The notes: a model not told the origin generated them from the letters alone. A stretch of DNA of 64,000 nt from Gammaproteobacteria bacterium (GCA_024638385.1 JAHEKJ010000003.1:9402-73401), one strand, 5' to 3'; shown: positions 29,260 through 39,892, counted from the stretch's first letter. Numbers and translations: made by a program.

Positions 29260-30555
29260 CTAGCCGGTCCTGGCGCTGTCGGCCCGCTTGCGCCGCGCGC
29301 GCTTGCCGCGCCGGATCGACGTAACCGTCGCCCGATCCTTGCGCGCGAGTTCGCGCTCGACCTCGTACATGTAATCGCGCGTGATCGGCAAGGCGTTCAC
29401 GTCGCGCGCGAGCTGCAGCTGGAACACGGTGATGTCGAGGTAGCGGAAAGTCGCCTCGCAGCCGAGCAGGTACAATTCCCACATACGGCAAAAACGCTCG
29501 TCGTAGAGTTCGGCAACGCGCCCGCGATTGGCGGCGAAACGCTCGTGCCAGCGCTCGAGCGTCTCGGCATAGTGTAACCGCAGGTTTTCGAAGTCGGTCA
29601 ACCACAGGCCGGTATTTTCGATCGTGCGCGTCAACTGCGAAGCCGATGGCAGGTAAGCGCCGGGAAAGATGTACTTGCGAATCCAGGCGTTGATCGGCCG
29701 CGGCTTGTTCATGCGCGCGATCGTGTGAATCAGCGCGACACCGTCGGGCTCGAGCAGATCGCGGACCTTGCGAAAATACTCGCCGTAATGAAACTGACCG
29801 ACGTGCTCGAGCATGCCGACCGAGACGATCCGGTCGAACCGGTCCTCGAGGGTTCGATAATCGCGCAACTCGAATTTGACGCGGTCGTCGAGCCCGGCGT
29901 CGTGGGACCGCTGCCGCGACAGCTTCAGCTGCTCTTCGGACAGGGTGACGCCGGTTACCTGACAATCGAATTGCTTGGCGATATACAGCGCGAGACCGCC
30001 CCAGCCGGAACCGATGTCGAGTACGCGCATGCCCGGGCGAACATCGAGCTTGGCCGCGATATGGCGTTTTTTTAGCAACTGCGCGGTATCGATATCCTCG
30101 TCGCCGGAGCGAAAATAGGCGCAGGAATATTGCCGGTCGGCGTCGAGAAACAGGTCGTAGAGCTCGGCCGACAAGTCGTAGTGGTGGGCGACGTTTTCGC
30201 GCGCCCGGCTGATCGGGTTGTAATGCGCGCCGGCGGCGAAAACGCTGTAAAGGCGCCGGCGCAGTTCGCTCAACCAGGTGGCGTCGAAGCGCTTGTCCGA
30301 ATGCTCGAGGATTTCGAGAAACTCGGCGAGGCTACCCTCCTCGATGACGAGACCACCGTCCATGTAAGCCTCGCCCCAGGCCGTCGAGCTCAAACGCAAC
30401 AGCTTGCGCTCGGTCGAGTGATCGGTGATCCGAAAAACCACGGTCGGGCCGTCGAGGTCGCAAAGCCGATGGCGCTCGCCGCGCGCATCGATCAGCGTCA
30501 GCCTGCCGTGATTAAAAAAGCGGCGCAAGATAGTAACTAGAATCACGATGTCCAC
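29260..30555 (-). CDS. cfa: Cyclopropane-fatty-acyl-phospholipid synthase family SAM methyltransferase
   Basis: 431 aa. HYDLSAELYDLFLD, SAM motif VLDIGSGWGGLA, SVGMLEHVG. Confidence 0.85.
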   Translation of the reverse strand: MDIVILVTILRRFFNHGRLTLIDARGERHRLCDLDGPTVVFRITDHSTERKLLRLSSTAWGEAYMDGGLVIEEGSLAEFLEILEHSDKRFDATWLSELRRRLYSVFAAGAHYNPISRARENVAHHYDLSAELYDLFLDADRQYSCAYFRSGDEDIDTAQLLKKRHIAAKLDVRPGMRVLDIGSGWGGLALYIAKQFDCQVTGVTLSEEQLKLSRQRSHDAGLDDRVKFELRDYRTLEDRFDRIVSVGMLEHVGQFHYGEYFRKVRDLLEPDGVALIHTIARMNKPRPINAWIRKYIFPGAYLPSASQLTRTIENTGLWLTDFENLRLHYAETLERWHERFAANRGRVAELYDERFCRMWELYLLGCEATFRYLDITVFQLQLARDVNALPITRDYMYEVERELARKDRATVTSIRRGKRARRKRADSARTG

Positions 30556-30743
30556 CCTGCCATTCTTGTCATCGGACCGCTCATACTACTGTTTTTATTC
30601 TGTTTTTACCATGCTCCGCCCGGACCGCGGTTATCCATGCGCCAACGGCGTCGAGGCTTTGACTTCGCCGGGAAAACATTATTCAATACGCGGGCCGAGC
30701 CCGCCGCGTCCGCCGGGCAGCCCAATCGCCAGAGATCCCGTCC

Positions 30744-31682
30744 ATGGATATTCAGCGCCTGCTCACGAGCCTAAGTTCCACGATCATCGTCCAGTTCGGC
30801 GTCGTCGTCGCGGCCGCAATCGGTTTGACCGCCTGGAATTTCGACGTCATCCGGCCGTTTTACTTCGACAACCAGCTCACCGACACGGGCATTATCATCA
30901 ACAGCGCGATCGTCATGCTGCTCGTCATCGGCCTCGGCAATATTCTTTTTCACCTGTTACGTTACCGCCGCGAGGAAGCCGCGATCGCGCTGTTCGTCAA
31001 CAACATCGAGGCGCTCAAGACCGACCTGCTCGAGGGCTTGCCGGCGGATTCGGTGGTCGCGAAGCGGCAGACGACGATGCGCTCGATCCAGGCGGCGCGC
31101 GGCGAGATCGATCACGGTGCGCTGGCGGCGATGCAAAATGCCGACGAGGCGACCCGCTTCGGCCTGATCCGTTTCATCAACAACATCCTGATTCTGACCG
31201 GCGTCTTTGGCACGATCGTGGCCCTGTCGATCGCGCTGCTCGGGGCATCCGATCTGCTCGACTCGGCCGACGCGAGCCTCGGCGGCATGGGCCTCGTGAT
31301 TCACGGCATGTCGACCGCGCTGTCGACGACGATTACCGCGATCATCGCCTATCTCGTCTTCGGTTACTTCTACACCCGGCTCGCCGACGTGCAGACGCAT
31401 TTCCTGAGCAGTGTCGAGCAACTGACCTCGATCTACCTGTTGCCGCAATTCGTCAAGACCGAAACCGATATCGTGCACCAGATGAACGATTTGCTCGAAG
31501 CGGTCGTGCAGGCGGCCGACAACCTCAGGCTGACGCAAGAGGTGTATCATGAATCGGCGCTCGCGCTGCAGCAAAATCTCGCCGCGAACCGCGAGCAGAT
31601 CGCTTCGCTCGGCGCCGAGATCGACGGCATCAAGCGGATTCTGCGCGAGGGCTTCCGCCTGCCGCGCGAAGAGGTGACCTAG
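30744..31682 (+). CDS. ExbB/TolQ/MotA-family proton-channel-like membrane protein with helical C-terminal tail
   Basis: 312 aa with four hydrophobic segments. LTGVFGTIVAL matches GxxGT[VI] and GMSTALSTTITAIIAY matches G[IM]SxALxxT in the last two TMs, as in ExbB/TolQ. A ~90-aa helical tail follows. Confidence 0.6.
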   Translation: MDIQRLLTSLSSTIIVQFGVVVAAAIGLTAWNFDVIRPFYFDNQLTDTGIIINSAIVMLLVIGLGNILFHLLRYRREEAAIALFVNNIEALKTDLLEGLPADSVVAKRQTTMRSIQAARGEIDHGALAAMQNADEATRFGLIRFINNILILTGVFGTIVALSIALLGASDLLDSADASLGGMGLVIHGMSTALSTTITAIIAYLVFGYFYTRLADVQTHFLSSVEQLTSIYLLPQFVKTETDIVHQMNDLLEAVVQAADNLRLTQEVYHESALALQQNLAANREQIASLGAEIDGIKRILREGFRLPREEVT

Positions 31683-31686
31683 GCCC

Positions 31687-32703
31687 GTGCACGCAAGCTT
31701 TCCTCCAATCGGCGGCAGCCACGCCGGAATCGGCGGCGAGAACAGCTTCTGGCCGTCGTTCACCGACGTCATGATGGTCATCACGCTGATTTTCCTGATG
31801 GCCACCAGCCTGCTGGTGGTGCGCAACTGGCAGCTCGTCGCCGAATTGCAGGAAAGCGTCGCCGCCGAGCGCCTTGCCGCCGAAATGATCCAGTCGACGA
31901 CGCAGGAAAACATCACGCTCGAGGAGCGCCTCGCGAATGCCGAGCAGGCCAACTCGATTCTGCGCCTGCGCCTGATGAAACGCGACGAGGACCTCGCCGC
32001 CGCCGAGGCCGGCATTCGCGAGAGGGACGCCAGCATCGCCACGCTCGAACTCGGCAATCAGGACCTGCGGCAGTCGCTCGAGCGGACCCGGACGCAACTC
32101 GAGACCGCCAATCTCGAAATCGACGCGATGACCGCGCAAAGCCAGGAACTGTCGCGCCAGCTCGCGGATCTCAGGCAGCAACTGGCGCAGCAGCAACTCG
32201 CCGGCGAACAAACCCGCGAACGCCTCGCCACGGCGCAGGCGCAGATCGCCAGGCTGGCCGCGTCGACCGAGAGCCAGCAGCAGAGCATCGAGCAACTGAC
32301 CGAGGAGAAGGCGGAACTCGCGCGCGAAAGATCTCTGCTGCGCGACGAAATCGAGGACTACAACCAGCAACTGCTGGCGCTCAAGGGCGAGTATGAGACG
32401 GTCAAGTCGAAGTACGAAGAGCTGATCAAGCCGGCGCGAACCGCCCGGGGCAAGTACATCGCCGAGGTTTATTACGTCAAGGGCGAGGACGGCAACATCA
32501 TTCGCTACCGCGAACCCGGCGGCGAATTCTCTCGCCTGGGCCTGGCCGAGGTCGAACGCAGGCTCGGCCGGCTGAAACAGGAGAAGGGCAAGGATCTGTA
32601 CGTCAAGATCATCATTCCACAGGACAGCGGCCTGACCTACAACGAAGCGTGGAATTTCATGCGCAACCTGCTGGTCAAGTACGACTACTACTACCAGGAA
32701 TGA
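31687..32703 (+). CDS. ExbD/TolR-like anchor protein with ~200-aa coiled coil and ExbD-like C-terminal domain
   Basis: 338 aa. GTG start lies 4 nt after the upstream stop. The TM segment FWPSFTDVMMVITLIFLMAT compares with the ExbD/TolR pattern P..DV..V..LIF.MAT and keeps the essential Asp. Residues ~45-250 are E/Q/L/A/R heptad-like. The C-terminal YIAEVYYVKGEDGNIIRY...LYVKIIIPQDSGLTYNEAWNFMRNLL has a beta-alpha-beta-alpha pattern. Confidence 0.55.
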   Translation: MHASFPPIGGSHAGIGGENSFWPSFTDVMMVITLIFLMATSLLVVRNWQLVAELQESVAAERLAAEMIQSTTQENITLEERLANAEQANSILRLRLMKRDEDLAAAEAGIRERDASIATLELGNQDLRQSLERTRTQLETANLEIDAMTAQSQELSRQLADLRQQLAQQQLAGEQTRERLATAQAQIARLAASTESQQQSIEQLTEEKAELARERSLLRDEIEDYNQQLLALKGEYETVKSKYEELIKPARTARGKYIAEVYYVKGEDGNIIRYREPGGEFSRLGLAEVERRLGRLKQEKGKDLYVKIIIPQDSGLTYNEAWNFMRNLLVKYDYYYQE

Positions 32704-32794
32704 TGCAGCCGATGCAGATCGGCCGGCAGGTTTCCCCCGTCAAGTCCCCGTGGCGCGACGCCGGTCTGAGGTATATCGCTGGTTTTCCTTACGT

Positions 32795-32828
32795 CAAACC
32801 CGCCCCCAGAAGATCTGGAGGCGGTTTG
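32795..32828. terminator. Imperfect long hairpin between convergent genes (candidate bidirectional terminator)
   Basis: CAAACCCGCCCCCAGA-AGA-TCTGGAGGCGGTTTG has about 15 paired positions with one bulge and one mismatch. It is flanked by short T/A runs. It sits between the stop at 32703 (+) and the stop at 32872 (-). Confidence 0.45.
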
Positions 32829-32871
32829 ATGGTCTTGCCGGCCGAGGTACAGACGAAAGAATCCGCGCGGC

Positions 32872-34632
32872 TCAGCTTGCCGGAACCGCGTCCGCCGACA
32901 CCTGGCTCCTGTTCAATGCCTTGCTGCGCTGCAGATCCCACCAGGCAAACGCAAAGTAGATGATCGTGCACCAGATGGTGATATCGTAAAACAACTCGCG
33001 ATTGACGTAGTAGTCGTAAAGATTCGGGCTGTTGAACAGGACACGCCAGGCAAGCACAGCCGGCACTAACAACCCGATTACGATCCACACCGCCCGGATT
33101 ATCTTGGTTAATATAGTCGTGTCCTTGACCTTGACATGGGTTTCCTTCGCGGCCAGCTGGGCATGGTACTCCTTGACTCTGCGGTCGAATTCCTGCTCCC
33201 TTTGTTCCGCTTCCGGATAGCTCTTGTCGGCGCCGGCCGCCTTCGCCAGCAGGGTGTAGCAGACGATCGAGAGCACCCAGGTCGGCAGGAACAGGTACAC
33301 GAAGTATATGATGCCGAGGGCATCCAGCCCGAAGCCGAACACCAGGCAGATCGCCCAGGTGATCAGCGCAGGCTTGTTGTCCTTGAGGCCCTTCAGACGG
33401 TGCCAGTTGCTCTTGTAGCCGAGCCGGTGAAAAATGTGCTGCTCGGCGAATACGACTCCGCCGATCGGCACGAGGACGAGTCCCGCGTAGGCAAGAATCG
33501 GCAGGATTTGGCGGTAGATGAACGGGAAACAGCTGCCGACCACGACCACGGCCCCGACAACAAGCGTTACCTTTTGGCGTGCGACGTTAGGGAATACCGC
33601 TTGAGCCGCGAGACCTGCTCGATAGAGGTTGGGGTTGGCCGTTGTCCATCCGGCGATGATGACGATGATAAAGCCGGTGGCGCCAAGCGCGTAGTAGGCA
33701 ACATCCCCGGGTGAAACCACGGCGATACTCAATTTCATGATCGACGCCGTCGCTGCCCCCATCAATGCCGCGGAAATCCAGGCGATGTAGTGGCCGAACA
33801 TCATACCGGTTGCGGTACAAAGACCGTAGACCGATTTTTTCGCGTAGCGCAGGAGCGCCATGTCGATGAGGCCGAAATGCGCGAAGGTGTTCGCCGCCCA
33901 GGCGAAGCCTATCACTTCCACCAATCCGATCCCGGGTTCCCCTTCGGCATTGATGCCGGTAAACACGGTTGTGCCCGCCAGGTTCACGAAATCGGAGAAA
34001 CTCGCCAGCGTCGTGTACCCGGTCAGCGTTTCGTTCAACGACGGTATCAGCACCATGCCGCCGGCGGTGAACATCACCATCAGCCAGGGTGTGCAAATGG
34101 TGGCAAACTCGGCCACCACATTGAAACCGTAATAGGCCACCAGCACCGCGATCACGCTCGCCGAGGCGGCAATGATGGCAAAGTAGACGTTGGTGGGATA
34201 CGGATAGATCTGCGGCGGAATCTCGAACAGCACCCGCACCGCGGTCGCCGACACGGTGATCATGGCCGCCGAGATGGCCACGAAGATCAGCACGTTCGCA
34301 CCGTTGTAGAGCCGCGAGGCCAGCTCGCCCAGGTTGTGTTCGATATAGGTGTAGAGACTGAGCCGCGTTTTGACCGCGATCGGCGCGGTGATGAGCCAGA
34401 AGCTCAGCGCGGCGAGCGTGTTGCCGATGAGGAGCCCGATCAGGATGTCCTCGATGGTGGCGCCCATCGCCACGAATGCGGCGCCGATGACGAATTCGGT
34501 CGCGGCAACGTGTTCCGCACCATAAAGGCCGAGGAAGTGCATTGGGCCATGCAGCCTGTGCTCGGGCACGGGCAGTTGTTCGTCGTCTATTTCGGCTATG
34601 GAGCCTTTATGATCGCGGATGTTGTCAGTCAT
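32872..34632 (-). CDS. NCS1/CodB-like (APC superfamily) secondary transporter with extra C-terminal linker and 2 TMs
   Basis: The ORF runs to TTG 34650. I prefer ATG 34632, which is preceded by GGGGAG. The N-terminal pattern VPEHRLHGPMHFLGLYGAEHVAATEFVIGAAF...LIGLLIGNTLAAL resembles cytosine/purine permeases. About 12 TMs are followed by a charged linker and two more TMs. Confidence 0.55.
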   Translation of the reverse strand: MTDNIRDHKGSIAEIDDEQLPVPEHRLHGPMHFLGLYGAEHVAATEFVIGAAFVAMGATIEDILIGLLIGNTLAALSFWLITAPIAVKTRLSLYTYIEHNLGELASRLYNGANVLIFVAISAAMITVSATAVRVLFEIPPQIYPYPTNVYFAIIAASASVIAVLVAYYGFNVVAEFATICTPWLMVMFTAGGMVLIPSLNETLTGYTTLASFSDFVNLAGTTVFTGINAEGEPGIGLVEVIGFAWAANTFAHFGLIDMALLRYAKKSVYGLCTATGMMFGHYIAWISAALMGAATASIMKLSIAVVSPGDVAYYALGATGFIIVIIAGWTTANPNLYRAGLAAQAVFPNVARQKVTLVVGAVVVVGSCFPFIYRQILPILAYAGLVLVPIGGVVFAEQHIFHRLGYKSNWHRLKGLKDNKPALITWAICLVFGFGLDALGIIYFVYLFLPTWVLSIVCYTLLAKAAGADKSYPEAEQREQEFDRRVKEYHAQLAAKETHVKVKDTTILTKIIRAVWIVIGLLVPAVLAWRVLFNSPNLYDYYVNRELFYDITIWCTIIYFAFAWWDLQRSKALNRSQVSADAVPAS

Positions 34633-34767
34633 TTTTTTCTCCCCCAGCAAATTTTATTTCGAGCCAGTCTTTACGCGACCTGCATCTGCAGATGTTTCAG
34701 GCCGTCGATTAACGCCCGCTGTCCGCATGCAGCGATGCCGAATCGAGCGAGTAGCGCATCGCGGCCC

Positions 34768-36093
34768 CTATTCCTGGAGAAAGCGGGCGCGCTCGATAAC
34801 CTTTCCGGTCACCCACTGCGCGTTGGCCAGCGCCTCTTCGCTCGAAATCGAACCGTCCAGCGACTTCGCGAAGCGCTGGCCGACGGCAGTTCCGATGCTT
34901 TGAAATTCGGGAATCGCGACGAACTGTATTCCGGTATAGGGTACTTTCTCGACGGTCGGGTTCTTCGGATCGGCTGCCTGGATCGAGGCGAGCGTCATCT
35001 CGGCGAACGGCGCCGCGTCGAGATAAGCGGGATTCCTGTAGAGCGATGCGCGGGTACCCGGCGGCACGTTCGCCCAGCCCTCCCGGTCGGCGATTAACTC
35101 GGTGTATTCGCGGGACGTCGCCCAGGCGACGAACTTTTTCGCCGCCTCCTGCTTTTGCGAGCCCGTGGATATCGCCAGCGACCAGGCCCACAGCCAGTTG
35201 CTGCGCTTGCCGAACCCTTTGTCGGGTGCCAGCGCAAACCCGACCCGGTCGGCGACTTTCGATTGTCCGGAATTCGTGATCGCGGACGCCGCGACCGTGG
35301 CGTCGATCCAGATTCCGCACTTGCCGTCCTGGAATAACGCGAGGTTCTCGTTGTAACCGTTCACCGCGGCGTCGGGAGGACCGTAATCGTTCAACAGCTG
35401 CAGATAGTCATTGAGCGTGGTCGCCCAGGCCCTGCTATCGAACTGCGGCTGCCAGTTCTCGTCGAACCACCGCGCGCCGTAGGAGTTGGCCATGGCGGTC
35501 AGCAAGGCCATGTTCTCGCCCCAGCCCGGCTTGCCGCGCAGGCAGATGCCGTAGACCTCGTTGCCCTTGTCGGTAATCGCCGCCGCGGCCTTTCTGATGA
35601 AGTCCCAGGTGGGTTCCGCGGGCATTTGCAGTCCGGCCTTCTCGAACAGGTCGGTCCGGTACATGGTGAACGAGGACTCGCCGTAGAACGGCGCCGCGTA
35701 AAGCGTGCCGCCCAGCGAAAGGCCGGCGCGGATCGCCGGCAGAATATCGTCGACGTCGTAGCCAGCGGGCATGTCGTGAAGCGGCACGAGCCAGCCCCGG
35801 TCGGCCCAGATGGGTACTTCGTAGGTCCCGATCGTTACGACATCGAAGCGTCCGCTGCCGGTGGCGATATCGGTCGTGACGCGCTGCCTTAAAACATTTT
35901 CTTCGAGCGTTACCCAGTTGAGATCGATATCCGGGTTGGCCTCGGTGAAGTTCGCCGACAGCGCCTGCATCCGGACCATGTCGTCGTTGTTCACGGTGGC
36001 AATCGTAATCGACGTCTGGGCCTGGACGAGGCTCGCGGCGCAGCCGAGAGCGAAGGCGACACCACTGATAAAAACGGACTTGAATATTTGCAT
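34768..36093 (-). CDS. ABC-type family-1 periplasmic solute-binding protein, polyol (sorbitol/mannitol SmoE/MtlE)-like
   Basis: 441 aa. Signal peptide MQIFKSVFISGVAFALGCAASLVQA. NWVTLEENVLRQRVTTDIATGSGRFDVVTIGTYE closely matches my memory of polyol-binding proteins. Confidence 0.82.
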   Translation of the reverse strand: MQIFKSVFISGVAFALGCAASLVQAQTSITIATVNNDDMVRMQALSANFTEANPDIDLNWVTLEENVLRQRVTTDIATGSGRFDVVTIGTYEVPIWADRGWLVPLHDMPAGYDVDDILPAIRAGLSLGGTLYAAPFYGESSFTMYRTDLFEKAGLQMPAEPTWDFIRKAAAAITDKGNEVYGICLRGKPGWGENMALLTAMANSYGARWFDENWQPQFDSRAWATTLNDYLQLLNDYGPPDAAVNGYNENLALFQDGKCGIWIDATVAASAITNSGQSKVADRVGFALAPDKGFGKRSNWLWAWSLAISTGSQKQEAAKKFVAWATSREYTELIADREGWANVPPGTRASLYRNPAYLDAAPFAEMTLASIQAADPKNPTVEKVPYTGIQFVAIPEFQSIGTAVGQRFAKSLDGSISSEEALANAQWVTGKVIERARFLQE

Positions 36094-36255
36094 CGTTCTC
36101 CTCCAATGGCATCTTTCATTAGATGTATTAGCATGGCCGGGTACCGCGCAGACTGTTCACGGTACGCTCTCAACCTGAATAAAAGCTAGTATTTAAACCG
36201 CCAATCTCTATACTTTTCTGATCGAGGCTGGTCCGGGGAGGGGTTAGCACAAACC

Positions 36256-37152
36256 TTGAAAAAAGAGCAACCGACGCGAGGAACGCCTGAGCTGGAAATT
36301 GGCGAAAGTAAATCCGACGCCATCCGTTACCTCGAACACGGCTCTCCTCACTGGCGGATCCGCTGGCATTATCACGACGAGTACGAGTTGCACCTGATCG
36401 TCGCCAGCAGCGGCAGAATGTTCATCGGCGACTACATCGGTAACTTTCGACCCGGCTGTCTGGTGCTGACCGGTCCCCGCGTGCCGCACAACTGGGTCAG
36501 CATGAGTCTCGATGGAACCCGCTACGAGCTGCGTGATCACATCCTGCACTTCGATCATGATGCTATTGCCGGCGCCGCATCCACCTTGCCGGAACTGCGC
36601 ATGTTGCTACCCTTGCTAAAGCGTGCCAGACACGGTATCGAGTTCCTGCGCCACGGGGAAATCGCCGAAAAATATCTATTGCAGATCAGGGAATCGGATG
36701 GCGCGGCGCGTCTGGGCTATTTCTGCGAATTGCTGGATATCCTGGCGCGTAGTCCGGACCAACGGCAATTGTCGGCCATTCAGTTCAATTTACCCGAAGC
36801 TGAAGATGTAGAGGAAAAGATCGACCTCGTGATCGAATACGTGATGGAACACTATCGGCATAAAATCCCGCTGGCGCAGGTTGCGGCCATCGTCGGCATG
36901 AGCGAGGGTCATTTCTCGCGTTTTTTTCGCAAGGCCACGGGCAACCGTTTCAGAGAATTCGTTAATCGGGTCAGAGTCGGCAAAGCCTGTGACTTGCTGG
37001 CCCAAACCGGCATGACCGTCACCTTTATTTGTCATGAAGTCGGCTTCAACAATGTCGCCAACTTCAACCGGCGGTTTGCGCAGTACAAACAGGTATCTCC
37101 GAGCAAATATCGCCAACTGGTAAGTCAACGCTATACCCACCCGGAACTATGA
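36256..37152 (+). CDS. AraC-family transcriptional regulator (cupin sensor plus HTH), MtlR-like position
   Basis: 298 aa from a TTG start. Cupin part WHYHDEYELHLI. C-terminal double HTH (GMSEGHFSRFFRKATG..., VGFNNVANFNRRFAQ). Divergent from the SBP gene. Confidence 0.88.
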   Translation: MKKEQPTRGTPELEIGESKSDAIRYLEHGSPHWRIRWHYHDEYELHLIVASSGRMFIGDYIGNFRPGCLVLTGPRVPHNWVSMSLDGTRYELRDHILHFDHDAIAGAASTLPELRMLLPLLKRARHGIEFLRHGEIAEKYLLQIRESDGAARLGYFCELLDILARSPDQRQLSAIQFNLPEAEDVEEKIDLVIEYVMEHYRHKIPLAQVAAIVGMSEGHFSRFFRKATGNRFREFVNRVRVGKACDLLAQTGMTVTFICHEVGFNNVANFNRRFAQYKQVSPSKYRQLVSQRYTHPEL

Positions 37153-37297
37153 AGTTGTCGATGAGATAAGCGGACTCGCTCGTGCCCGGTCTGGAATTGT
37201 GGCGAGCTTCTCTATAAGCTCTGGTTCCGGTCGCGTATTACCGATTATTCGCTACGCCCTTTTCGAAAATATTTTGAGTTAGTGATTTTCTCATCAC

Positions 37298-37374
37298 GTC
37301 CCCGTGGCACAACTGGATAGCGCGACGCCCTCCTAAGGCGTAGGTTGCAGGTTCGAATCCTGCCGGGGACGCCA
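37298..37374 (+). tRNA. tRNA-Arg (anticodon CCT)
   Basis: 77 nt. Acceptor GTCCCCG/CGGGGAC, anticodon stem ACGCC/GGCGT with loop CTCCTAA, T-arm GCAGG-TTCGAAT-CCTGC, discriminator G and encoded CCA. One A-C mismatch in the D stem. Closely parallels E. coli argW as I remember it. Confidence 0.9.
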
Positions 37375-37454
37375 GCTTTCCCATCGCGCACGAGAAGTTC
37401 CGATGGCCGGCCGGCCTGCGCGATTTCCCGAATTCGATTCTTCCGGTAAAATTT

Positions 37455-39112
<1,658 letters not shown>

Positions 39113-39126
<14 letters not shown>

Positions 39127-39892
39127 CGACCCAGGCGGCTTCGAATTCGAGCAGGTGCGGCGCGGCCGAGGCTTTCAATTCGTCGCGCACCAGCGCGCAC
39201 TCGGCGCGGTAACGCTCGGCATCGAGATTGCCGCGGTTGCGTTCGTAGTTCAGATAGACGAGGTAGGTGTTGAGCACGTCGGTCTCGCAATAGTTGCGAA
39301 TCGCCGCGATTTCGCCGCGCTGGTAGGCATCCCAGACTTTCGCGCCGCTCATACCCATCTTGCCCGGAAATCCGCACAGCGCCGCGATCTCGTCCAGCGC
39401 GGCGCTGGCGCGCGGCTGGAAGCCGGCAAGCACGTCCATCAGGTCGGTGTGGCGCTCGTGGTAACGGCTCAGGTAGTTGTTGTAGCGGAAGCTGGTGTCG
39501 TTTTGCCCGGTCTCCCAGTAGTGGGCGGCGTCGATCGGGTACAGCAGGCTGCGGTAATGGATCACCGGCAGGTCGAAACCGCCGCCGTTCCACGAGACCA
39601 GGCGCGGCGTGTAGCGTTCGATGCCGCTGTAAAAACGCTGCAGCAGGTCGCGTTCTTCCGATTCCTCGTCCCCCAGCGACCAGACCTTGAACTGCTTGCC
39701 GGTGCGCAACACTGCCGAGATCGCGACGATGCGGTGCAGGTGATGGCGCAGAAATTCGCCGCCCGATTGCTGCCGCCGCAACTGGTAGACCGCGCGCGCG
39801 ACGTCGTCGTCCGAAAGCCCGTGCAAATCGTAGATACGCCGGCAACCCTCGATATCGGGGATGGTCTCGATGTCGAAGACCAGCACGTTCAC
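39113..39892 (-). CDS. Predicted 3'-5' exonuclease (PolB-exonuclease-like, RNase H fold)
   Basis: 259 aa. Exo I-like MNVLVFDIETIPD, then SWNGGGFDLPVI and YCETDVLNTYLVY. The start overlaps the stop of the cysM remnant, and the 3' end overlaps rlmD by 14 nt. Confidence 0.7.

Noticed and set aside
30744-32703. Zorya-like anti-phage system (ZorA/ZorB).
   Set aside because: The A protein is far shorter than ZorA and lacks its very long tail. The B protein lacks an OmpA-like peptidoglycan-binding domain. No ZorC/D/E-type genes follow. I keep it as a separate uncharacterised stator-like pair.
32704-37374. Classical tRNA-integrated genomic island or prophage.
   Set aside because: There is no integrase, phage or transposase gene. 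I found no direct repeat of the tRNA 3' end. The lower-GC block lies on the 5' side of the tRNA rather than the usual 3' side. Only the compositional anomaly is reported.
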